From: a virus
Length of the DNA: 64,000 bases
Direction: 5' to 3' (one strand)
IMG/VR virus record: IMGVR_UViG_3300044974_000700
Span: 21,554-85,553 of that record
Shown one piece after another: positions 46,401 to 56,300 of the stretch; position 1 is the stretch's first letter; each line of letters starts with the position of its first letter. Made by a program: the position numbers and the translations under genes. The notes under the pieces were generated by a model. That model was given only the letters and a program-made list of their open reading frames with translations, did not search any database and had not been told where the DNA came from.

Positions 46401-46664
46401 ATAAGCTTGAATTGATTTGTCTGTTTTAGAAGATCTATCAAATCTATCTGTAGGAGAAATATAAGCCTCTACACCTAATATTGGCTTTATATGATTTTCT
46501 TTACATGCTATTTGAAAATCTCTATGAGATGATAATGTTCCATGATCTGTTATAGCAATTGATTTCTGTCCAGCATTTTTTGCTGCCAAAACTAATTCGG
46601 CAGGAGAGTTAAGGCCATCCATCAATGAATAATGAGAATGCACATGAAGATGCACAAATGACAT
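43398..46664 (-). CDS. dnaE: DNA polymerase III alpha subunit
   Basis: HLHVHS.YS..DG PHP, GPGRGSAAGS, PDIDTDF, HAAGVV, FNRSH. Confidence 0.95.
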   Translation of the reverse strand: MSFVHLHVHSHYSLMDGLNSPAELVLAAKNAGQKSIAITDHGTLSSHRDFQIACKENHIKPILGVEAYISPTDRFDRSSKTDKSIQAYNHIILLAKNKKGLENINTLQEIAWNEGFYHKPRIDREVLKEYAEGIIVLSGCLNGLISKAIERQEFSEAKLILKDFKQTFGEDFYIEVQSHNPKEVNDKLLELADELKIKAVATGDAHFAKGEDKVLEEAMLILSTNPKMDKEADFDESRKMKDMLDRFNYLYPDRRISFQDYNLFIQTREEIEVDFKKTGINRVDIFENTLEIADKIQSYDFYQNLDLLPVPKTNADDKLADMSFTGLKKLGLDNNQAYIDRLNEELSIIKQKKFASYFLVVADMINWAKSQDMLVGPGRGSAAGSLVCYTIGITDVDPIKYDLLFFRFINPERNDFPDIDTDFEDRRRKEVKEYLKRKFKHVASISTYTYFKDKGVIRDAARVFMVPLGDVNKALKSVDTFEDYLDSPNTKEFRTKYPEVTWLAERLRGKIRSVGVHAAGVVVAKDDIRKYAPVESREDAQDKVSGRIPVVAYDMDTVADIGLIKLDALGLKTLSVISDTLKSIKKRYNKDIDLSSLDLNDEEVYKVLSEGYTKGVFQAEATPYTNLLMKMGVSTFEDLAASNALVRPGAMDTVGPSYIKRKHGEEAVRFVHPIMKPFTENTFGVIIYQEQVMQACVHLGGMTWSEADKVRKIIGKKKDAKEFDQFQDKFIQGASLHISKQEAEQLWKTFEAHAGYSFNRSHAVAYSMLSYYTAWLKLHYPLEFLFSLLKNEGDKDARTEYLIEAKRLGLKVKLPHVNESEVNFSLQEDSIRFGLAEVKFISDSIANKIIDNRPYKNYEDFKSKAGKKGSGINSRAIASLNAIGGAAFEDNPRNGKESESYYEFLGIPTFNLDLPPRIKAQARPIEDFDPLGSFVIFGMVKNIKRGNGWARVEIVDETGSIGLFHTEQTQIETNQMYFILVGDNRIVRYINVKDIDPKSNDLFIDYLYRREYDLAEDEQIVVNFTPYKTKKGQTMAHIVMSDKYKNLKRAIVFSSMYPIALAKMRDGMTCRPITKPLDDGTLMVKEIK

Positions 46665-46685
46665 TAACTCTCCGCCTTTCAACTA

Positions 46686-47357
46686 CTACCAAGTTACATC
46701 GCTAGATGTAGATGGTTCCTCTTCTTCATGTCCGCCTTCTCCATTAAAGAAAGCTTCTTGATTCGCATAAGGTAGGTCACGAATCGCAGTTTCTTCCAAC
46801 TTATGTAATTCAAGTCCAGATACATCAAACTTGGACTCATCCTTAGCAAGTGGAATAATTGTATAGCTAGTATCTGTTTTTGTTCCAGACCTTTTAATTC
46901 TCCACATTAGGTTTGTAATAGATCCCATTTCTCCAGCATATTCGATTAGCGTTGGAGTAACTGTTTTACCGCTTGAACCTTGTGAAAGAATAGCCACATA
47001 AGGCTCTTCCTTGCCGTCATCAACTAATACATTTATGTATAATCTTGAACGGCCTTTCCAGCCTGCCTTATAATCTTTTCTGTGTTGCTCGCAACCCCAG
47101 CACTTGCCCTGATCTTCCATTGTGCAAAGAGCTTTACGACGATAATCTTTTGGATTTGTGTGTTCTACTGCAATAAATCCGAGACCCAATTTATCATTAT
47201 AGTCTGGTGAATCTGGATCTAGTTCTTGAAGAAATCTAATCTTTACGCTTTCTCCATCTTCTAGCTTAACCCAACGTCCTTTGTTTTCTGAGCCACCTGT
47301 TGGCTGTGGCTTATCTAATGCTTTGTTTAAGTCTTTAAGACCTTTAACGATACCCAT
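46686..47357 (-). CDS. gp32-like ssDNA-binding protein
   Basis: KIRFL, H..C..C..C Zn site, R.G...T.Y, acidic tail. Confidence 0.7.
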   Translation of the reverse strand: MGIVKGLKDLNKALDKPQPTGGSENKGRWVKLEDGESVKIRFLQELDPDSPDYNDKLGLGFIAVEHTNPKDYRRKALCTMEDQGKCWGCEQHRKDYKAGWKGRSRLYINVLVDDGKEEPYVAILSQGSSGKTVTPTLIEYAGEMGSITNLMWRIKRSGTKTDTSYTIIPLAKDESKFDVSGLELHKLEETAIRDLPYANQEAFFNGEGGHEEEEPSTSSDVTW

Positions 47358-47409
47358 ATATATTCTCCTTTATAGTTGACGGTATATATCCGTCTGTCTG
47401 TCTATTATA

Positions 47410-48405
47410 TCACGTTGCCCAAGATCGATATTCGAAATCGGATACCGCATTATTAATACATAGCTTTATTTCGTCATCTGTCATATCGCCAGCATCTTTT
47501 GCATCGTGTGGATATATCTTACCATAACTATGAGAAGCCCACAAGAGGTTTTTATTTTTTAATTTGCTAGCAATGCTTATTCCTAAATTTCTTCCTGCTT
47601 CGTCACTATCTGTCATTATTATTACTTTGTTAAAATATCTATTTAATAATTTAATATTATCTACAGAGATGTGGCCTCCAAGCGTTGCAACTACATTTGG
47701 AAATCCTGCTTGATGAACACGTATTGCATCAAAACTAGACTCAACAACTATAACGTTGTCACCAATTCTTTTTGCCCTATGAATATTGAATAGTGTTTTG
47801 CTTTTAGGCAAATTAGTACTATTTTTAAATCTTTTATCAGATATTGATCTTCCAACCAGACCAACTGGTGTACCGTCTGGACTATGGACAGGAACAATAA
47901 CCATGTCTTGGTTTGAAGAATATCCAAGCTTAAAGTAATGCATAGATTCTTCATTTATACCTCTAGATATAAAATAATCTTGTGCTTTTTTATTTAAACC
48001 TAATTCATTATACAAATTGTCTAAAGTCTGTTGTGAGAATTCTACAAAATCTGGCTTATCTTCCAATAAAGAATTTAATTCTTCTTCAAATACTTCTTCA
48101 TGGCTTGAAGCTTTGGATGATATAAACCTAAGCGCTTGAAAATCATTTTTATCTAAAACTTTTTTAACAAGATCTACTAAATTACCAGATTGTCCACAGG
48201 AAGGATTAAAGCATAGCCACGCACCAGTTATAGTGCTTATGCTAAAACTAAATGTGTGTACATTATTATGAAATGGGCAAAACATTGATATATTATCATT
48301 TGATTCCGATAATATGTCTAACCCAAGAGCTTTTATTACACCCCTAATTTGGGACGGAGTGTACGTGGAATTAATTTCCCTTGTGCCATTCCCTCTGAAT
48401 CCCAT
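47410..48405 (-). CDS. dnaG: DNA primase (Zn finger plus TOPRIM)
   Basis: CPFH..CFNPSC, VVES.FD, D.DEAG, KDAGD. Confidence 0.88.
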   Translation of the reverse strand: MGFRGNGTREINSTYTPSQIRGVIKALGLDILSESNDNISMFCPFHNNVHTFSFSISTITGAWLCFNPSCGQSGNLVDLVKKVLDKNDFQALRFISSKASSHEEVFEEELNSLLEDKPDFVEFSQQTLDNLYNELGLNKKAQDYFISRGINEESMHYFKLGYSSNQDMVIVPVHSPDGTPVGLVGRSISDKRFKNSTNLPKSKTLFNIHRAKRIGDNVIVVESSFDAIRVHQAGFPNVVATLGGHISVDNIKLLNRYFNKVIIMTDSDEAGRNLGISIASKLKNKNLLWASHSYGKIYPHDAKDAGDMTDDEIKLCINNAVSDFEYRSWAT

Positions 48406-48632
48406 GCCCGTTTCTTTCCAACAAATACACCTTGGATAGTCATTAGGAACTTCCAAGTCTCACCATTGAATTCTACAGAAAATGCAGGGTCTATGTCAAG
48501 TACCCTAACATATCCTTTATCTCTCATATCATGAATCAGTAGATTTTCATATTGATGTTTTATTCTTATGATATCGGAATCATCTAAGAATTCTACATTA
48601 ATTTGAAATCGCTTTATTCTTTTGTGAGTCAT
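48336..48632 (-). CDS. hypothetical protein
   Basis: MRD.GYVRVLDIDP; between helicase and primase. Confidence 0.65.
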   Translation of the reverse strand: MTHKRIKRFQINVEFLDDSDIIRIKHQYENLLIHDMRDKGYVRVLDIDPAFSVEFNGETWKFLMTIQGVFVGKKRAWDSEGMAQGKLIPRTLRPKLGV

Positions 48633-49863
48633 TATTTAATTCTGGCAAATTCTCATAAATTGGAGTGATGATACCACGATTAATATCCCACTCTAAAAAG
48701 AACCTAAAGTCTTGTCCATGACGATTCTTTCTTGAAACCACCTCAACCAAATCAGTATTTGCATGTCTATGAATTGCCATTGCCATATCGGCATCATATT
48801 CGATTGCCTTTGACCACGCAACTTGACTCATCATTGGAGGTTCTTTTTGATCAGATATATCATCAGCAGTTGCTGCAGTAATATCAATGATTGGAATATT
48901 ATTTGATACTGCCAACAACTTAAAGTCTCTTGATATATTTCTATTACGCTCTACTTCAGAATTACTTCTCTTGTTGTCATTAAATAGTTGATGATAATCA
49001 AGAATAACTAAATCTGGTTTATGCTGATCAATTTTTCCTTGTATTGTTGCAGGAGTGACTTCCGCAGTACCTTCGTTAGAAATAAGGATAAAGCTGTTTT
49101 TACCCGACGTTTTTTTCTTTCCCCATGATTTGAAGTCATCTAAATTTATATCTCCTTTTGATAAATCGCTTGCACGGAATAACCCTGAACCAAGCATTGT
49201 ATAAATTCTATCTCTCATATTTTCTGGAGCCATCTCTAGAGAAACAATCATAGGCTTAAAGCCTTGTTCCCAAGCTTTACAAGCTAGGTAGGACGTAAAC
49301 CATGTCTTTCCCTTTCCTGGCCAGCCTATAGCTACTATAAGGTGCCCTGGGGCCATTCCAGTTGGGTATGCCTTATCTATTGCATCTATGCCAGTTAGAA
49401 TACCTGGGCTACCTCCCATTGCAGCGGATCTCTCTTTAACGGACTGGTAATGTCTTTCTGCAGCATCAATATCAATAACATCAACGTCTCTAACATTATT
49501 AGTAAATCTACTTAAAGTTGCTAGCTGAGATTGCATGTTGCCAAGCACTCTAGAGGCAGCATCTTCTTTTAATGCAGAGCCAGCCTGAAGCATGATTGTC
49601 TTGAGTCTTCCAGATACAAACTCATTTTTTAATTTGTCAAGATAATATCCCGTCTCTGCAGTAGTCTTAACTGGCTCAAAATCTTTGTGGCGCTCCATCA
49701 ATACGCCAGCCTCTGGCACGGCTTTAAATTTATAATAATATGACTTTAGACTATCCCAAATATCTCTATGAGATGAAAAAAGCTCATCTGCATTATCTGC
49801 AAGAAGGGTGCTTATATCTTTATTTTTGCATACTGCAGATATTAGTTCTGCTTCTGTATTCAC
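48598..49863 (-). CDS. dnaB: DnaB-like replicative helicase
   Basis: GWPGKGKT, SLEM, ILDY.QL, IEYDAD, KNRHG. Confidence 0.92.
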   Translation of the reverse strand: MNTEAELISAVCKNKDISTLLADNADELFSSHRDIWDSLKSYYYKFKAVPEAGVLMERHKDFEPVKTTAETGYYLDKLKNEFVSGRLKTIMLQAGSALKEDAASRVLGNMQSQLATLSRFTNNVRDVDVIDIDAAERHYQSVKERSAAMGGSPGILTGIDAIDKAYPTGMAPGHLIVAIGWPGKGKTWFTSYLACKAWEQGFKPMIVSLEMAPENMRDRIYTMLGSGLFRASDLSKGDINLDDFKSWGKKKTSGKNSFILISNEGTAEVTPATIQGKIDQHKPDLVILDYHQLFNDNKRSNSEVERNRNISRDFKLLAVSNNIPIIDITAATADDISDQKEPPMMSQVAWSKAIEYDADMAMAIHRHANTDLVEVVSRKNRHGQDFRFFLEWDINRGIITPIYENLPELNNDSQKNKAISN

Positions 49864-50174
49864 TCTTCACCCTCTACTAACCTTTTTGTTTTCTCAAGAA
49901 GTATGTTTCTGAGAACCTTGTCTTCTTCAATTTGAAGCATCATATCTTCCAGTCTGTCAAAATTAAAATAAAAAAACTGCAATGGATGCTTATCTTTTCC
50001 TGTTTGAAAATAATATTCAAGAACCTTTTTTGCACGATCATATCCTATGCTGTCTATTACATCTTGCATAGCCCACTTTTCTTTATATTTATTTAATGAT
50101 GGGCTTTTCCCATATTTATCTTTATATAAGTTTTGATATAAAGATAATAGGATATAAGGCTCTTTACTTGCCAC
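49860..50174 (-). CDS. hypothetical replication-region protein
   Basis: coupled to dnaB. Confidence 0.65.
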   Translation of the reverse strand: MASKEPYILLSLYQNLYKDKYGKSPSLNKYKEKWAMQDVIDSIGYDRAKKVLEYYFQTGKDKHPLQFFYFNFDRLEDMMLQIEEDKVLRNILLEKTKRLVEGEE

Positions 50175-50370
50175 TATTTAATTCTTCTTCCACCTCTTGG
50201 GTTTTTTCAATAAGCTTTGACTCAACAAACTTATAAACACGTTCGGTAGCCATATCTACATTTTCTTCTGGACGAACAAAATCTTCTACACCAATACCAA
50301 TCTTTATGCTTTCAAAATTTCCTAAGTTTCTTGTAAAAGATAAGTCAATTTTAACTTTTGTCTCAGACAT
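50164..50370 (-). CDS. hypothetical protein
   Basis: TRNLGNFESIK motif. Confidence 0.7.
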   Translation of the reverse strand: MSETKVKIDLSFTRNLGNFESIKIGIGVEDFVRPEENVDMATERVYKFVESKLIEKTQEVEEELNSGK

Positions 50371-50482
50371 TATTTATGTTCCGCCTTTCTGTGCCTATTT
50401 AAAGTATCGTGAGCGAATATGCCCCAACGCACTTCTATTTCTTTTTTACAAATATCGCATATAACGACTTTGCCTTTTTCCA

Positions 50483-50962
50483 CTAATCCGCCTTCCAGAC
50501 TGGAACAAACCCAGTATCTGTCTTAGTATACAATATTAAATTGTGTTTGAGAAGGGCCCTTAATTCATTTTTTGAAGGCATGTTTTTAGAATAGCCTGAT
50601 TCTAAAATAAACTGATGTATATCCATTATGTCTGATTCGCTATACATAAATTTATACCAATCACTTTCAGGATTTCCAATCGGATATACTTTCTGGGGGT
50701 ACTTAATTTTACCCTCAAGAATGTAATCTTCAATAGTAATCTTATGCTTATTTAATATCTGAGCAACCTGCTTAGTTGAATAAGCATTTTCCATGTTTTT
50801 TGTTACTTGTAAATAAGAATAAAGAACACGTTTTTTATCTGGATAGCACCAAGCAATTAGCTCATCTTTAGCTCGTGAATAATTTAATACTTTATGTATT
50901 TTATTATTTAAGAAGAAATAGCTAAATCTTTTAGTTTGTTTTTTTCTACTTTTTCCAGCCAT
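50483..50962 (-). CDS. HTH DNA-binding protein
   Basis: YSTKQVAQILNKH..TI..Y. Confidence 0.65.
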   Translation of the reverse strand: MAGKSRKKQTKRFSYFFLNNKIHKVLNYSRAKDELIAWCYPDKKRVLYSYLQVTKNMENAYSTKQVAQILNKHKITIEDYILEGKIKYPQKVYPIGNPESDWYKFMYSESDIMDIHQFILESGYSKNMPSKNELRALLKHNLILYTKTDTGFVPVWKAD

Positions 50963-51096
50963 CGTCCCAATGCACTCGTATCCTTATTTATCATCCAACG
51001 TTTTCCGCATAGTATGCAAAACAATTCTATATGTAGCTTTTGTGAAAATACACGATCAACAAAAACTCTTCCTTGACATCTGCTGCACTTCATCAT
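50908..51096 (-). CDS. Zn-ribbon protein
   Basis: CSRC.GRVF.D...CILCG. Confidence 0.65.
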   Translation of the reverse strand: MMKCSRCQGRVFVDRVFSQKLHIELFCILCGKRWMINKDTSALGRWLEKVEKNKLKDLAISS

Positions 51097-51893
51097 AGCG
51101 TAAACACCTTGCCGTCCACAACACAAGAATAGTCTGGAGCAATATGAATCATTTGAATATGAGGATAGTCATTTACAATATGAGCAATAGCAAATCCTTT
51201 TTGCCAATCGTGGTGCTGCATATACTTCATTCCTGGACCCTTTTCATCACACATATGTCCAATTTCATAACCACGAATAGTTTCACCTTCGCCATTATTT
51301 CTTAATTCATATGTCTGTAGGTGTGAAGCAATTCTATGAGAATGCCCTCTAATTAGAGAAATTTGAAGATCGTTCATGTCTTTTCTAACTGCGCCAGTGT
51401 CTGCTATAGATAATCCGTGATGAACATGTATGTCTCCAAAACGACGTTTAGGTAATTCATTATAATGTATATACTCATACCCCAAAGAGTCTAAACTCCA
51501 CAATGCTTCTGGTGTTACCTCATTAATGTAATCTGGCAATTTTGCATCTATGTAATTAAAAACTCTTATGTCATGATTACCTAAAGCTGAAAATAATTGA
51601 GCGTCTGGCAACATTTCTCTTGTTTTAGCATAAAAATCACGGGCACCCTTTGCCTCATGTCTCATCATTGGAACAATTAAATCTTTACTATCTGTCTTAT
51701 GAAAATTTAGGAATTCTGCAGATCTTCCCTCTGTATATTTACTATAACATGCTTGGTCATCTGTATCTCCAAGATAATCGACAACATCTGGCTTGAACCA
51801 TTTCATTACCTTAAACCAAAGGGATATGGCCTTGTCATCCTGATACGGGAATTGCTGATCAGATGACAACATCCATTTTAAATCATTTGTCAT
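51093..51893 (-). CDS. calcineurin-like metallophosphoesterase
   Basis: SD.Q, GD..D, GNHD, HG, GHSHR. Confidence 0.85.
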   Translation of the reverse strand: MTNDLKWMLSSDQQFPYQDDKAISLWFKVMKWFKPDVVDYLGDTDDQACYSKYTEGRSAEFLNFHKTDSKDLIVPMMRHEAKGARDFYAKTREMLPDAQLFSALGNHDIRVFNYIDAKLPDYINEVTPEALWSLDSLGYEYIHYNELPKRRFGDIHVHHGLSIADTGAVRKDMNDLQISLIRGHSHRIASHLQTYELRNNGEGETIRGYEIGHMCDEKGPGMKYMQHHDWQKGFAIAHIVNDYPHIQMIHIAPDYSCVVDGKVFTL

Positions 51894-51973
51894 TTGTTTC
51901 CTAAAATATATTACATCAATAATGCATTAATGTGTAGTAAATTGTAACATAAAAAATGTGTATGTCAAGAGTA

Positions 51974-52399
51974 TTATTCTGTAACTAATTTTCTTGCAAC
52001 ACTTACCCAGTGTACGTTTAGAGTTTCTAATTTATTTGCTGACGGAGCATTATAATAAACCACCATTGTTGGCTGTCTAGAGTCTCCAGTAAATGTGACT
52101 CTTATATCTAATTTTGGATTTTTTAATCTTGGTGTTGCTACTGTATAAACCTGGTCATATTCTGAGCCCCAAGCTAATTCAATTTGACCAGTTTTTGGCT
52201 CAGCAGATCCAGTAACATTGCTGAAAGACTCTACCCCCGCCTGAGTGTGATATACATATTGCTGTGAGCCAGATTCTACGTTTCTAGAACTGAGACTAAA
52301 GGCTTGATTTGCTTTTAACTCTATGGCTAATATTTGATCTTGTAATTTTTGTAACTTAATTGGATCAACTGGTTCGCCATCTGCAAAAACTTCAGCCAC
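51974..52399 (-). CDS. hypothetical (tail-region) protein
   Basis: operon with tail genes. Confidence 0.6.
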   Translation of the reverse strand: MAEVFADGEPVDPIKLQKLQDQILAIELKANQAFSLSSRNVESGSQQYVYHTQAGVESFSNVTGSAEPKTGQIELAWGSEYDQVYTVATPRLKNPKLDIRVTFTGDSRQPTMVVYYNAPSANKLETLNVHWVSVARKLVTE

Positions 52400-52574
52400 T
52401 TATATTCTCCATTTTTTCATCTAACATCTTTGAATAACTTTCTTTTTCTATTTCTTTATTTTGCTGAACAGTTAATTCTGCTCTTAGCAAAGCAATTTGT
52501 GTTTCATAATTAGCAACCATGTCACCAATTCTTTGCTGTAATGCAGTTATAACTAATTCTAGTTTATCAGACAT
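52392..52574 (-). CDS. coiled-coil hypothetical protein
   Basis: ALQQRIG...YE..IA.LRAE. Confidence 0.65.
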   Translation of the reverse strand: MSDKLELVITALQQRIGDMVANYETQIALLRAELTVQQNKEIEKESYSKMLDEKMENISG

Positions 52575-52580
52575 GTTTAC

Positions 52581-52796
52581 CTATTCTTGTAATGTATTTT
52601 TTTCTTCATTTAGAAGAGATAGCTTTGCATCAATGTCGGTCATTTTTGCATTTAATGTATTTAAATTTTCTTGATCTGGTGTGCTAGAAGCATTTTCAAG
52701 AGCAATATCTAGCTGGGTACCGTATTTTTGATAGTCCAAATTCTTTATCTTTTGATCAACGATAAGAACTTTATCACTATTAGAAAGCGTTGTCAT
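52581..52796 (-). CDS. hypothetical protein
   Basis: AAGGAG RBS. Confidence 0.65.
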   Translation of the reverse strand: MTTLSNSDKVLIVDQKIKNLDYQKYGTQLDIALENASSTPDQENLNTLNAKMTDIDAKLSLLNEEKNTLQE

Positions 52797-52863
52797 TTTT
52801 TTCTCCTTTTTAAATCCTATGGATTCAAATTATATTTTAGCATATTATATATAATTAGCCAAT

Positions 52864-53130
52864 TTACCATTTTGACATTGGGCAAGAGGCCTGCTTTAGC
52901 TTAGTTTTTAGTTCCATAAAGCATCCACATTCTAGGCACCTTTTTGTCATTTTGCTAAACTTAGGACAACCTTCACATATTGAAAATCTACTTTTTGCCT
53001 CTTCTTCGGTGGCATATTCAGTAGATGGATTTAATAAATCCCAGGGCTTTACATCTCCAGAGCTTATCATCTTTTTTAATTGATTCCATTTATTTGTCAA
53101 CGATGTCCCTTTTCTCAAAAGATTTTCCAT
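52864..53130 (-). CDS. DUF6171-like Cys-rich protein
   Basis: R..IC..CP......C..CGCF...K......CP..KW; start uncertain. Confidence 0.7.
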   Translation of the reverse strand: MENLLRKGTSLTNKWNQLKKMISSGDVKPWDLLNPSTEYATEEEAKSRFSICEGCPKFSKMTKRCLECGCFMELKTKLKQASCPMSKW

Positions 53131-53326
53131 TCCAATAATAATCTGAAGCTGGGTCTGGTAAATCAGATAAATCTAATTCTATATCTTTCATATCTATTAT
53201 TGTTGGATTACTTGACATAGCAGCTCTTAATATCTCTGTATGCCCGCCAGAAATATTAAGCCAGCCAGCATACTCTCCATTTACCAAAACAATATATGTG
53301 CTGCCAGACAATGTATATTTTTCCAT
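53090..53326 (-). CDS. hypothetical protein
   Basis: TTGACA-N17-TATAAT promoter, AGGAG RBS. Confidence 0.65.
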   Translation of the reverse strand: MEKYTLSGSTYIVLVNGEYAGWLNISGGHTEILRAAMSSNPTIIDMKDIELDLSDLPDPASDYYWNGKSFEKRDIVDK

Positions 53327-53373
53327 TTTTTCTCCTAATAAATTATAACATTTTAAAAAACTATGTCAATAGT

Positions 53374-56300
53374 TTAGTAGAATGTTTGTCCTCCAAATCC
53401 TGGGAAGAATGGTGGGAAGAACGGTGGGAAGAATGGTGGGAAGAATGGTGGGAAGAACGGTGGGAAGAATGGGAAGAACGGTGGGAAGAATGGGAAGAAC
53501 GGTGGGAAGAATGGGAAGAACGGTGGGAAGAATGGTGGGAAGAATGGTGGGAAGAATGGTCCCGAGCAAACTACACAAGAAGCATTTGCCGCAGCAGACA
53601 ATGCGTCAGAATAGGTTGATCTATAAACTGTTTTAACTCTAGCATTAGATGTTCCCGTCAGTGTGTCTGCTGGCATTGAGCCAGTTGTTGAGTATGGTCC
53701 ATCAGCAGAAGGTGCAGAGCTATAGCAACCAGAAAGAACATTACAGGTTGAACTTCCTATATAATAAGTAGTTGTAACAACAAAACTTGGGAAGAATGGT
53801 GGGAAGAACGGTGGGAAGAACGGTGGGAAGAACGGTGGGAAGAACGGTGGGAAGAACGGTGGGAAGAACGGCGTTGGGGCACAAACTATACAGGAAGCAT
53901 TTGCCGCTGCAGATAATGCATCAGCATATGTTGATCTATAAACTGTTTTAATTCTAGCGGTGGATGCTCCTTCTAGTGTGTCTGCTGGCATTGAGCCAGT
54001 TCCCTGGAATGGACCACTTGCGGTTGGTGAAGTAGAATAGCAACCAGAGAGAACGTTGCATGTTGATGTTCCAACATAATAGGTAAATGTTTGCTGAGAC
54101 CATCTTGCATAAAATGTTATATTAGATGTTGGAGTAAAACTTCCTCCGTCAGAAACTTGATATGTATGATCTATGTCTGGTGTATCTCTCCAGTAAAGGA
54201 ATGTATATCCAGATCGAACTCCTGGAGAAGGAGCAGTATGAGAAATTCCAGAATTAAATGGCCCAGTTGTTCCGCCACCAGATCCACCATTAGCATTCCA
54301 ATTTATTGTGTACTGAACCGTAGACCACTGTGCATATATGGTTGCGTTGCCATTAATTGTATAGTTAGTTCCTGGGTTTCCTAAGAATGTACCACCAGAG
54401 GAGGCGGTATACCATCCGTTAAGATTGTATCCACTTCTTGAGGTACTTGGTAACTGTATGACAGTGCCAGCGGTTCCAGTTGCATTACTTACAGCGCTTC
54501 CACCTTGCTCCTCATATGTTATTGTATACTGAGCCGCTTGCCACACTGCTGTAAAAGTCAAACTACCATTTATGGTCCAACTACTTCCAGCATTTATGTT
54601 ATAAAGCATGTCGCCAGTGGCTGGGTTTCTCCAGTAAACAAAAGTGTATCCAGACCTTGTTGGTGTTGGGGCTGTTACAACATCTCCCAATATTCCTGTT
54701 GAAGAAGTAGGTGAAACTGTACCGCCATTAGCATTCCAAGTTACTGTGTAAGTTATTTGAGACCACTGTGCATATATGGTTGCGTTGCCATTAATTGTAT
54801 AGTTAGTTCCTGGGTTTCCTAAGAATGTACCACCAGAGGAGGCGGTATACCATCCGTTAAGATTGTATCCACTTCTACTTGCAGTCGGCAATGTAATTGA
54901 AGATCCTGCATTTACAATATCTGAAGACCTGGATGGACTTCCGCCATTACCATTATATGTAATAGTATATTGTTTAATTAGCCACCTTGCATAGAATGTA
55001 ATTCCGTCAAACGGTGGAGTAAAACTTCCTCCGTCAGAAACTTGATATGAAAATTCTCCAGATACACTATCTTTCCAATGCAAAAAATTATATCCAGTTC
55101 TTGTTCCTGGTGACGGAGCTGTATGTGCTGTTCCAGCATTAAATGGGCCAGTTGTTCCTCCGCCTGTACCTCCATTAGCGTTCCATGTAATAGTACGTTG
55201 TTTAATTGTATAACTTGCGTATAATGTTATATTTGAAGTAGGGTAATACTGTGTCGGAGTTGGGCCAGAGCCACCCACAAATGTTCCTGTCCCGTTTTCT
55301 CCTGTGTACCAACCATTAAATATGTAATCTGGTGAAGAATCTGGTGTTGGTAATGTTACAGACCCTGGATACTGAACTGATCTAGATGCTGGAGATCCAG
55401 TTCCCGTACCATAATTAAAATTAACCGTATATGTTTTTGCAACCCATTGTGCATAAAATTGAAAAGAATAAGTTACTAACCAGGAATCTCCAGCATTTAA
55501 AAATATTGGGTCTCCTCCAGTTTGTGGGTTTCTCCACTTGGTAAAATCATAATGCTCTCTGGATGAAGGAGTTGGTGCATATATAGTGGTTCCACTAACT
55601 ACAGTATCAGAAGTAAAATCTGAAGTTCCATCATTTCTATTCCAAGTTACTGTGTATTCTATTCCAGTCCAGTCTGCGTATAAAATTATGTTATCTTCTG
55701 GTGTGTATGGAGTTGGAGTTGGTCCTCCTCCTCCAACATACGTTCCTGCCCCCAATGGTTCCGTATACCATCCATTAAATATGTATCCTGTTCTTGAAGT
55801 TGTTGGCAAGTAAACTGTATCTCCAGCATCTACTATATCATCAGAAACTAAAGTGCCCCCAAGTTCTTCATAAGTTATTGTATATTGAAGCTGTGTTATT
55901 GGACCTATTGTATTAGAGTAAGCTGGAAAACTGTCTGCTCCATTATATGCAACAACTGCACCACTTACGGATGATGTAGTTGGATTTATAAACGTGTAAT
56001 CAAAATATAAATCTGACGTATAACTATTCCCTGAAGGATAATACGCTAAAACAGTTCCTTGCTGGTCGTTTAATTCTATCTGATATCTATATTCTGTTGG
56101 ATCATTGGTCCATGTTCCGCTGGATAATCTATATGTTGATCCAGTTTTATTCTCTTCTCCATCTTGTAATTCTAAAGTAGGGGGTGTTAAATTTTCTGGT
56201 TCGTCTACTATTGTAATTAAATCTACATATGCATAATCGTATGTCGGTTCTGCAGTTTCTGAATGGCCATCCTTGCCAATTACTTCTAGCTCTACTACAT

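Noticed and set aside
35003-49863. Inteins or introns in terL, recA, dnaE, dnaB
   Set aside because: Lengths are normal, and no intein or homing-endonuclease motifs were seen.
53296-53636. + strand ORFs with WEEW/MVGR repeats, and a CRISPR-like look of the repeat
   Set aside because: Antisense shadows of the PPFF tract; the units are contiguous with no unique spacers.
54322-54876. Possible DGR template/variable repeat pair
   Set aside because: Copies are identical with no adenine-specific mismatches, and there is no reverse transcriptase in the window.
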